In this document: piece by piece, positions 13,601 through 23,057 of the stretch
How the letters are laid out: the number at the start of each line of letters is the position of its first letter
How positions within the stretch are numbered: position 1 is the first letter of the stretch
Assembly: GCA_964234715.1 (NCBI GenBank)
Contig: OZ174290.1
Origin: Podarcis melisellensis
Lineage: Eukaryota
DNA length: 64,000 bases
Strand: one strand, 5' to 3'
Notes under the pieces: generated by a model
Seen by the model: only the letters and a program-made list of their open reading frames with translations
Told to the model about the DNA's origin: nothing
Database searches by the model: none
Program-made: the position numbers and the translations under genes

Positions 13601-16600
13601 AACTTCCTGGAGCATGATTGGAATCTGAAATGCCATTTCCTGAACAACTTAGGCGGAGGCAGTAAAATCAGACACTTTGTCATGAATTGCTTTTAGTGGA
13701 ACAGGTGAGCTGGGTTCTTTGACCAAATCAAGCACTTTGGTTTAAATGCAACCAATTTTCTGCAACCAATTCAGTGCTTATGCAAAAGAAAAAGAAAAAA
13801 AAATAAATTCTGATATGGATATCCCCTCACATGTACTCCAGCTTTAAATAAATTGGTTTTAATATTTGCATTGTTTCCTTAAAAACTAATATTCTCAGTT
13901 TCAAGAAAATGTTCCTAAAGGTGTTGGTGAGGTCCCAGTAGAAATAGATGGCAAATGTAAATATAAAATGGATGCATATAGACAATAGAGACCGAACAAG
14001 GCACATGCATGTCCACAGTGTAATTTGAAATCCTTTAGCATCTCTTTAAATAAATGTACATAAGTAGTTCACTTGAAAAGGTCACACAGTGTAAATCCTT
14101 GCTCAGCCATAAATGGGGAGGACGAAAATTATGCATGCCACTTTGAGTTCCTTGGAGGAAAGGGGGGATAGAAATGTCAACAACGATACTGTTTTTGGAA
14201 AATAATTTTATATTAATCAATGGTGTGACATTAAAGCCAACCATTCATAACCCCCCAGATAAACCCGCAAACTTCTTGATCATGCCTGCAAATTGACAAT
14301 GTATTATGTGGCACGAATATGGCTGTGTACTAGATTTATATATCAGTTTGGAAGCTAACGTGGCTTAAATTCACTTTGTGAAGTACGTCACAACAGTTAG
14401 CCCAGATGGATTTTTCTAAAACAGTTTCCTTCACAGTGGCAAAGAGCTGCGGTCAATTAAGGCTGGCTTTGTAGCACCTGCATAGGTCTCTGCATCCCCT
14501 CTCACAGGTAGCCTTTCCCAGGCTTGGCTGAGAGTGATCAGGTTGCCCACACCTCAGTCATAGGGATGTGTTACAGGCAAGATGCATTGACGGCGAGTGC
14601 CACATCTGTGCTGGCTTTTGTGACAGTGACCTTTTGCCAGCTGCCATGTTCTGCATCTTGACATGTATTGGCTTCCTCGTTTGAGCATACCTCAGTGTGC
14701 CTATCGTCCTACGCCTGCCTGGTGAGCAGAATACAGTGAGCCTGCAACTTACACACACTTAACTCGTGCACATTCAGCTTTATGTGCATGGCTAAAAATA
14801 ACAAAAATTGGAAAGGGGGAAAAACAACTTTTGCAATCCCACCCACTATTGAATCCAATGTGTTTTCACAACACGTTACTTTGGCTTTAGGTGCGCTTCC
14901 CAGAATGTAACCCCCATGTAAGTTTGCAGGCTTACTGTACTTGAACCACGAAGGTGTTTGCCTTTTAAAATGAGCTAACGTGTCACCAGCAGATGGAATA
15001 GATCAGCTTTCATTTCATAGGCACAAAGGGAGCTGGGTCAGTTTACTTGGCACCCTTGATGCAGGATCAGTCCCCCACCACAATGCTTCGTCTCTTTCTG
15101 CTTGCTGTTTTTAGACTTCCTTTGGTGTTGGCATCCTATACGATGTCTAATCTGCCCACATGCTCTAGGCAAAATGTGACTGCACCACTATTTGGCATTT
15201 TCAGGCAGTGAAAACAAAAGAAAGTCACTGTGACAGATGCCCCAAAACACAATTAATCATTCACGTGCCCTCAAAGAACCTTGCTAACAGAATACATGAA
15301 CTCGTCCCTGAGCACAACAAATGGTAGGGCAAGATGTGCAATCAGTTATGAAGTGTTTAACTGGTGTATATTATATTACCTTTGCACCATACGAAGCAAA
15401 ATTTGGATATGTGGAGCATCTCAGGAATCCAGTGGCTACCTTGGATCCTTCTGCAAATCCATAATGCCTGCCGACATTTTGCAATGTTCAGATATCAGAT
15501 GCTCTTTGTGACTTGAGTGGTTTGACTGTTGCATCAGTCTCTTCTGCTCTTCCTCCCGATCAATGTATGAAAGCTCAGGTCTTAATGGAAATGCAGAGCG
15601 GGCTTGTTGATATCCTCCTCCATTATCACATGCAGTGTTTCATTGGGAACAGGCTGGCTGATATTTGGAACTTCATTTGCTCCTCCCTTGAAATTGATTC
15701 TGGACTTGAGCCAGACACAGGACAGGAACTCATTAAGTTTGCTCAGTGGGTGAGCTGTTTGGAATGACTTTGAGGCACGTTCCCTAGTTAGTTGCTGATG
15801 TGCAGGCTTTCTAAAGGGACAGTGCTGACTTTGCTGTGGCAAGAATATCTCTTGCATGCTGGCTCACATCCTGGTTTCATGGGGCATTTATAGCAGCCTC
15901 TAGGGACATCTCCCCTGGACTCCCATTGCTTTGTGCCATATCATACTAGCTGACTGTAGAATGGGTGTGTGCTTGAACCTTCTGGAAAAACTTCCATCAT
16001 TTCCCCCCCATTTGCCAGCCCCTCCCCCCTTCCCATTGTTTGTCTTGCTAGCATAACACTTTGGTGTCCTTCTAACAAGTGCATAATAAGGAGATCTAAT
16101 AATATGTATATATACGAGAAGCTAGGAATCGTAGTGTGCCATACAGACCGGGTACCATACAGACAGGACAAAATGGCCTTTCCCATTATCTGATCTCCTT
16201 TGTTTCTTCTGCACAGGATCTGGCATGGCTGACCTGGATGGACTGATTGGGGCAGAAGAGAAAGTAATCAACAGCAAGAACAAGCTGGACGAGAATGTGG
16301 TACGTCCTTTTGCATTTTTATTAATTTTTTTGCAGAAAACACGGAGCCTGAGATGTGGCTTGCTTTCATGTCGCCCGCTGCTTGCTTGATAGTCACTAGA
16401 CTCATTCCATATGGTGCAGGGGAGGCGTAGATTACTGACTTGCAGCTCCCGCAGGCTTCCCGCATGTGTCAGAGACGGAAGGGTAGGAGTGTGAGGGAAG
16501 CAGAGCTAGCATCCTCGCCCTGGACAGCTTTATGGATGTGGGAGGCGGAACAGAACCCTTTGGTGCTCTGGCACAGGCTCCACCGACAGATTTGTCAGCT

Positions 16601-18730
16601 ATTTTGAGTGGCAGCATCTTCTGTCAAGTGTAGCAGGCTGCAGTGTTTAGAGCTGATGCTGAGATGTACTCTGTGTTTGCACCTCCTGTCTACATCCTTG
16701 TTGAAAACTGTAAATAGGAGCTTGTTCGGAGGCAAATTACTGTATCTGGTTGATGGAACTCAAACTAGGCTTATTCCACTAAAATGTAGCCAGCTGACAT
16801 CTATGTCGCATCACAAGCATTCTCCACCACCAGGGAAAGCTTTAAATANNNNNNNNNNNNNNNNNNNNNNNNNNNNNNNNNNNNNNNNNNNNNNNNNNNN
16901 NNNNNNNNNNNNNNNNNNNNNNNNNNNNNNNNNNNNNNNNNNNNNNNNNNNNNNNNNNNNNNNNNNNNNNNNNNNNNNACGTCTTGTTGGCTGCTGTACC
17001 AGCATCTTGCTGGGCTTCCCTGGCAGCCATGCATATTTAGTGTGAAGGAGCCCTGCATGCACACAAATGCGCACACGTAGGGACTTCTATTTGGGAACAG
17101 GAGGCCTGATTAGCCAGGATTCCTGCTTGAGTGGAGGAGTCCCTGTGTATGTGCAGTTGTATGTATGTGCACCTCCTTTACACTGAATATGTGGTGCATA
17201 GCCACCATAGTTAGTGAGCCAGATTCCTTTCTCTTGCGTTTGGTGTTTGATGCCTTCTTTTACTGGTTTTGCAAAAGCCCTACCTTTTTAGCCCTGGAAG
17301 CTATTGGGGCTTTGCTAAGCACATGAAACCCGAGCCAGAGAGACTGGTGTAATGACTTAGCAGAGTTTTGCTAGCTATTTGTTTAGTTTAGAAGCTGCTC
17401 CTTTTTGCAAACCCAAGGTGATTTTTTTATGCACACCCCTGCCCAGTATTCCTCCTTTCTGTCATTAGCTCCTTGTGTAAAATTCCTTCATGACTGTTTT
17501 CAGGTAATTGATGAAACCCTTGATGTGAAGGAAATGATTTTCAATCCTGAGCGAGTCGGTGGACTGGTGGATGAGCCGGTATGTATATAGCCACCACCCC
17601 AGGCTTGCTGTTAGGGGACTTCATGCCCTGACCTGGGTGTTAAGTAGCACTGTGTATACCTCTTCTAGTTCTGAATACGCCATGAGCGTTGCAAAGAGCA
17701 GTGGGCCAGGATTTCCTGGAAGAAACGTTTTGTTATTGGCCACGTAGGAGACACGTAAGCAGAAGAGGTCCCATGTGTGTGTCACATATCTGAGAAGGTG
17801 TTTTGCAAGGTGTCCCCCGCCAGCCAGATCACAGTGAGAGGGATCAGGGCAAGACCATGACCAGGCACATCTCATGCTTGCTGTGGCAGTTGGTCAAAGG
17901 AAGGTGCCTCCCAAGCTAGTTTAGTCATGTTCATTTCCAGCTCTCAGCCCCTACACGTCACTTCTTCCTGTGCAGGAAAACGACAACGCGCTCCGTGACG
18001 ACTTCAGCTTCAGCAGCAGTGCTCTCATTGGTCTCCTGGTGATCGCTGTTGCCATAGCCACAGTCATCGTCATCAGCTTGGTGATGCTGAGGAAGAGGCA
18101 GTATGGAACCATCAGCCATGGGATCGTAGAGGTGAGAGGGGCCTCGAGATTCATCGCCTCTGAGAGGGGGGGGGGCTGGATCAACCTGCTGGGTGGGGGA
18201 ATGGGGTGGCAGCAGTTGCTCTCTGCCGATTTGAGCGTTTGGCAGTCAGTGGCCTTATGTGGTTCAAAGCAGTTCGCTGAAGGTATAGCTTTAAAAAGAG
18301 AGAGCGAACTTCTATTATCCTCTCAGTTCACACGTGCACAGAACATACAAATCATCAGATTCAGAGCAGTGACTGGAAAATCACTGACATTTTAGCTTTT
18401 GGCTTGATCATGTGCGATAAGGCATGTGGGAAAGAGCATTCAGACGGGAGTTGAGGCTGCTTTTCTTAGGGAGATGATGGAAGTTGAATCTCTTGCAACA
18501 AAGACCTCAGCTTTAAGAGATTAATACCCTTAAATTCTATCCAGGGAGCAGGCTCCACAAATGCGTTTAGCCCAAGATGCTTTCATGCCTTTTCTTCACT
18601 CGCTAACAGTTGGTTCTCTTCTTTGAAGGTTGACCCGATGCTCACGCCAGAGGAGCGGCATCTGAATAAGATGCAAAACCATGGATACGAGAATCCAACT
18701 TACAAATACTTGGAGCAGATGCAGATTTAA
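81..18730 (+). CDS. APLP2: Amyloid beta precursor-like protein 2, 3' part of gene; join(81..292,2571..2738,5144..5274,5721..5795,7405..7563,7981..8109,10588..10687,10960..11133,11699..11734,16217..16299,17504..17578,17976..18131,18629..18730); 5' exons lie upstream of the window
   Basis: 13 exons with AG/GT boundaries and compatible phases give one open frame: acidic region, Kunitz domain, E2, TM segment ([23 protein letters not shown]), tail ...[16 protein letters not shown], which is the APLP2 (not APP/APLP1) ending. Confidence 0.98.
2571..2738 (+). CDS. APLP2: APLP2 KPI (Kunitz protease inhibitor) exon, 168 nt, symmetric phase 1
   Basis: cacag|CTGTC..AAGATGA|gtaagt; [22 protein letters not shown]...[23 protein letters not shown] with 6 Kunitz cysteines. 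Confidence 0.98.
4574..4663. repeat. Compound microsatellite (CT)n(CA)n(GA)n
   Basis: Seen directly. Confidence 0.95.
5144..5274 (+). CDS. APLP2: APLP2 exon, start of E2 domain
   Basis: cccag|TTCCT..GATCGG|gtgagc; [43 protein letters not shown]. Confidence 0.97.
5721..5795 (+). CDS. APLP2: APLP2 E2 exon (75 nt)
   Basis: tttag|GTGAAG..ATGCAG|gtaaac; [25 protein letters not shown]. Confidence 0.96.
7405..7563 (+). CDS. APLP2: APLP2 E2 exon (159 nt)
   Basis: tgcag|CGATTC..CCACGG|gtacgt; [44 protein letters not shown]. Confidence 0.97.
7981..8109 (+). CDS. APLP2: APLP2 E2 exon (129 nt)
   Basis: tacag|CCTCAC..TCGCAG|gtacag; [43 protein letters not shown]. Confidence 0.97.
10265..10480 (-). mobile_element. 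CR1-type LINE 3' end fragment
   Basis: taagaacagccctcctggatcagg..ctagtctagca..gcctctgacagtggagg..atagccatcatggctagtagcca; same family as 48515-49170 and 52050-52420. Confidence 0.6.
10588..10687 (+). CDS. APLP2: APLP2 E2 exon (100 nt)
   Basis: ggtag|GTCATG..GAGATTG|gttagt; [33 protein letters not shown]. Confidence 0.97.
10960..11133 (+). CDS. APLP2: APLP2 exon ending in ENE-G
   Basis: tacag|ATGAG..AATGAAG|gtatgt; [25 protein letters not shown]...SLENE. Confidence 0.95.
11699..11734 (+). CDS. APLP2: APLP2 36-nt alternative exon (12-aa insert; human exon 14 equivalent)
   Basis: long polypyrimidine tract, tatag|ATTCTCAG..AAAAAAG|gttggt; [12 protein letters not shown], matching mammalian DTQPELYHPMKK. 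Confidence 0.93.
12650..13110 (-). mobile_element. L2/CR1-clade LINE ORF2 C-terminal fragment
   Basis: Minus-strand peptides [17 protein letters not shown] and [21 protein letters not shown]. Confidence 0.8.
16217..16299 (+). CDS. APLP2: APLP2 exon starting GSG
   Basis: cacag|GATCTGGC..AATGTG|gtacgt; [28 protein letters not shown]. Confidence 0.95.
16849..16978. other. Assembly gap (130 N)
   Basis: N run. Confidence 1.
17504..17578 (+). CDS. APLP2: APLP2 juxtamembrane exon (75 nt)
   Basis: ttcag|GTAATT..GAGCCG|gtatgt; [25 protein letters not shown]. Confidence 0.95.
17976..18131 (+). CDS. APLP2: APLP2 transmembrane exon (156 nt)
   Basis: tgcag|GAAAAC..GTAGAG|gtgaga; ...[40 protein letters not shown]. 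Confidence 0.98.
18629..18730 (+). CDS. APLP2: APLP2 last coding exon (YENPTY tail)
   Basis: tgaag|GTTGAC..ATTTAA; [33 protein letters not shown]. Confidence 0.98.
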   Translation, partial: VDPMLTPEERHLNKMQNHGYENPTYKYLEQMQI

Positions 18731-20155
18731 AAGTTGTTGAAACCACCGCAGCCCTGACCAGCAAAGGATCAGGGTAGGAAGGGCCAAAAATGGTCCAGTA
18801 TTTTGGATCAGCTGTTGACCAACTTTTGCTTGAAGAGGACTTCATATTACATTCAGAACTCCTGGATCATTTAAGACTTAATTACTACTGTAGAGTTGCA
18901 AATTCCATTCTTTTAAATGGGTGAGGAAATGATAATATAACAATATATGATATATAAACCTTAAATGGGAAAATGGATCTATTGCAGATATTTGAGATGT
19001 AGTTTTTTTTTCTTTTTTTAAAGAAACTTAATCTAATGAGAGAAAATCCCAGTGCTGTCGTATTGTCTGATAACAAACTCTCTGTATAAATGAGAAATGT
19101 TGTTTTATTTCTGATACACCACTTGTATATTCAAGGTCATGTACCAACCGCATTGTATAAACAAGACATTTGAGGCTCTTTGGTCATTCTAGCTTTTATA
19201 TATATACACACATATATATAAAAGCAGTATTCCTTTTTTAAAATAAAGTTTTCACCAAAGTCACCAAAAAATTGAAATATTGGGGTTTAGGGTCTTTGGG
19301 AGACAAATAAATAACCAGGGAAGCAAATCACAATAATGGAAACCTTATATAAATTCTCAGATTCCAGTGACCTGTGCACGTCTTCTTCTTCTGTGTGGCT
19401 TGGTTTTCAAAAATCCTAGATCCTATAGAGGTAAGGAGAGGAAATGCTTCTGCCTTAGTGAAATATTGGGACCTGGTTTGTGCAGATTGGGATTGCACAC
19501 TTTGTCCACTTTTCTGAACCTGGTCCTTATAGAATTGGAAGCCTGCAACGTTCGACTTCAAATCCTTTCCCTGCAGCCTAAGCCAGCCTCCCTTAGCAGC
19601 CACTATTCTAAGAGACCCCTTCTTTGTTAATGTACCCAGGCCCACTCCTTTCATGGTTAATCATGACCGTTACAGAATAGGGAGGCTGTTGTGTCTTCCC
19701 AAGGAAGCTGGAGTCAACCCTGGGGTGTCTTCATAACAGGAGACACCTGATACAGTTGCAAATAGCCCAGGCATTTGGGGGAGCCCATGAATTATTGCCA
19801 CTTTGCTCTCCATTATGGGTGGGGTTAGGGAGGGTAGAGGGGATAATGTCCGAGCTATGGAGAAGGGAAGGGAATTTGTGAAGCATCACGGACACTGATC
19901 CGTTCACCACCATGTCTTTGTAATGCTTGTATAGTTGGTGTTAATGCTCACAGCTTTTTTAAAAATTCTGGAGGTTCTGGTAACCTGTGGTGTATTATTT
20001 TATTTTCTATTTTCTGTGACCTTTCTTTTCCCCTCCATCCCTTACCATGTCTCTTCCCACTATGCACAGATTTACTTAACCTGCAAACTCCTTAGTGTGG
20101 TCTGTGGGGAATGTAAAAAGTTGGAATCACATCAATAAACACTTTAACTTCCAGA
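18731..20155 (+). other. APLP2: APLP2 3' UTR (about 1.4 kb)
   Basis: Repeat-free AU-rich sequence after the stop, with AATAAA at 19242, 19306 and 20134. Confidence 0.65.
20134..20139 (+). terminator. Probable distal polyadenylation signal of APLP2
   Basis: AATAAA at the end of the UTR-like tract, followed by a GT-rich stretch (ggttcctgtgtct). Confidence 0.6.
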
Positions 20156-21339
20156 TCGGTTCCTGTGTCTATCCATAAAGGCGCCTGGTGGTCTCCCATA
20201 TTTTCTAGCTGGAGCTCTGGGAAGTTGTAAATGTAACCCATAGCTTTAAATTGGGTTTGCCATAAACCTCAAGGACTCTTGAGAGTCTCTTGCTACTGAG
20301 TGAGGAGGCTCTTTGCCTTGGCCTCCCCTAGCTTTTCATTAACATTACCTTACAGAGCAATGGCAGTGCCCAAAGTTGTTGGGTTTATTGTAATGGCTGT
20401 GTTGCCAAGTTGCAGCTGCTCGCTTGTGAATTGATTTGCTCCCAGAAGGCACTGTACTTTGCTAGACCGATCAGAAATACAAAATTTAATGCTTGGTAAG
20501 GGATAAAAAAGAGACAAGAGGCCATCAAGACCCATTGGGTCATCCTGGCATTTTTGATCTCAGGTTATTCTTTCCCGTGAGCGGTGGAATGACACAGAGC
20601 AGCTGGAAACACCCAAGATTAAGCATCTTTAACTGCAATTCTGGGGGAGTTTGATTAATTCTGTAGATGCCCAAGAGGCAAATTTGAATTGAATGCCAAA
20701 GCTGCGTGTGCAACTAAACTGTATTATTATCCAGGGGATTAAGATAGATTAAACATACCTGAAAACACTGTGTTCAAATGTGGATCCAAAGAATGTAACC
20801 ACGAGCTTACCCGAAACCATAACAAGACTAAAATGTCCCCAAATAAACTTCTCAATTATCCAAAGAGAAGAATGTTGTACCTCTGGAAGTCCTGTGAAAT
20901 TAAAAGTGAAGCTATCTATCTGTGGATTTCTATGTGGTTCTGCCAAAGTTGTTATGGAGTTTCTATGCTTGCACTTACACACAGAGGCCTGGTTTGCAAG
21001 CTGAACTGCGGCTAGGTGCGGCCAAGCAAGTGTGCAAGTGCTCAGAGCAAACATTGTGGACCATATGTCACTTCTCCCTCTGCTACTTCACCATCAGGGG
21101 TGAAGCCATACTTGGACTAACCATTGTGCTTGAATCTGTGCTTGTGGTTTCTCTCATTCCAGCCCACATTTTCACTTGGGGTGGCAGCAGGACCTGGGAA
21201 GGAGTGATGCAGCTCCCGTTTTTGCTCCTTGCCCTTGCTTGCTTGTTCAGCGTGCTGAGAAGTGTCGGGAGACCCCCTATCCCCCCCACCCGAGCTACAG
21301 TTCCTAGAATTCCCTGGAGAAAGGGCTTATTTTTAAAAC

Positions 21340-22081
21340 TGTTAACGGAGAAATCTGAAGGCTCCCTTGGACAAAAAACAAGGACACCAGCCAGGAATAG
21401 CAGAGCAAAACAGCAGCCAGTAGGGTTGGTCTTTATTGAAGACTGTTGTGACAGGACTCCCACCTGCCACAAGGTGAAACAAGATGGAAGCCACGTACAA
21501 AAGAGAACCCAAACTTTTATTAGCTGCTAATCCCCATGTTACACCCCCCTAAAGTACATCACTAATACATCATCGTTACATCATGAGAGGGGAGGTCTGG
21601 TGGCAGTAATCTGAGCATCCTGGACCCTGACCCAATGCTCCCCTTGCCCTCCACCAAACATCTATCAAGTGAAACGAAAGAGACATTTACATTTCCCTGT
21701 TCCCCAGCCAAGTTAATCACACCCTTTTGTCTTCATCTGGGTTTGTTATTTCTGGAATGGCTACCTTGTCTGGCACTCAGGTATCAGGATGCCAGGGATT
21801 ATCACTCAGGCAGAGGGGCTGCTGAGTGGCTGAGCTCACATGTCATATGAATTTCTGACCTTTTCCCAGGGAGCCAGTACATAGATAAATTTATCAGTGA
21901 ATTGTTACATTTGGTATTGTGCAGCAGAGGCCCTTTGAATAGATAGGAAGAAACTGTGATGAAGTGTTTTGTGGGGGCAAATCACAAAAGTGATTGTGCT
22001 GATTTTTGTAGTGGGCTGCATGTGCATGATATCTACTGGAGGGGCAACCACCCCCCAACCTATATATAAATTCCTGCAACA
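21340..22081 (-). mobile_element. Solo LTR (742 bp), ERV or Gypsy type
   Basis: TGTT...AACA ends; 4-bp TSD AAAC (21336-39, 22082-85); interrupts an older common repeat that resumes on the other side; minus-strand AATAAA at 21432-37 and 21516-21. Confidence 0.75.
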
Positions 22082-22915
22082 AAACCACTCTGAAAATTAT
22101 AGCTCTGCACCCTTAAACTTCCAGTATCCTTTGGGGGAAGCCACAACAGTTTAAAATATCATGATACTGCTTTAAATGGATAGTGCCGATGCGGCCTAGA
22201 AGATACTTGGTTATGTTGATGTTCCAGGGAGCTGTATATATCACACTGTTGTTATGTTTCCAATACATGTGTGGAAGGTGAATGAGGCATCAATGTTCAA
22301 TAGGCATCATGTAGATTACTCCCTTGAAAAGTCTCTGCAGAAAACCACTCTTTATCGGCAATACACATGTACACATATGCATATAGATGAATTAAACTGC
22401 ATGCAGAAATTTCAATACAATATCAAATGTACCAGTCAGAACCACGATCTGGCCAACTCGCATTACAGATGTGGCTGTAGCTCTAATGGACTCCAGAGTG
22501 GTTTTTATAATGATCATGCCTAAAGGGTTTTGCCACTCATTTAACTGGGCAGCTTGACATCCAACCCATTGCTTACAACTAAATCTAATTACAAATTGCA
22601 TGTCCCATGCAGTGTAAACACAAAGTCCTCAAAAGGTCACCAGATTTGATGTATTTTTTTTTAAAAAGCCACAAAGTTCATTAGCAGGACATTTTCCAGT
22701 GCACACTTTGGTCCTTGGATATAATTTTTTGGGAAGTTGCTGAGGTGAGTGTGCTTGCAGCTGAAGGCTTTGAACACTTGTATAAGAGGGTACAGCTCCC
22801 CCTTTGCTGTTGACTACTATGTTTGTTTTTAATATAAAGAGCAACCTTTATGTCAGATGGGAACTAGAAATAGTTTCTTAAAAAATCTTGGAAGAATAGT
22901 GGAAAATGAGGCCCT

Positions 22916-23057
22916 TCATTTTTCATCTGAGATGTTCTCTGGTAGGAGGACAGGGTCCGGGGTTCGGTTTTTCCTCCATAGACAACATGCCAAGTCCAGC
23001 TCCACATCCAGTTCCACTTCGACGTTTCCATAGTTTACTCCACGTCCGTTACTGCAG
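22916..23057 (-). CDS. TMEM45B: TMEM45B-like last coding exon
   Basis: ttctgcag|CTGCAGT; phase 2 matches; ends ...[12 protein letters not shown], resembling the LLSGSDEE end of TMEM45B. Confidence 0.8.

Noticed and set aside
20922-21530. 202-aa ORF between the two genes
   Set aside because: Runs through an old repeat and into the LTR; no homology recognised
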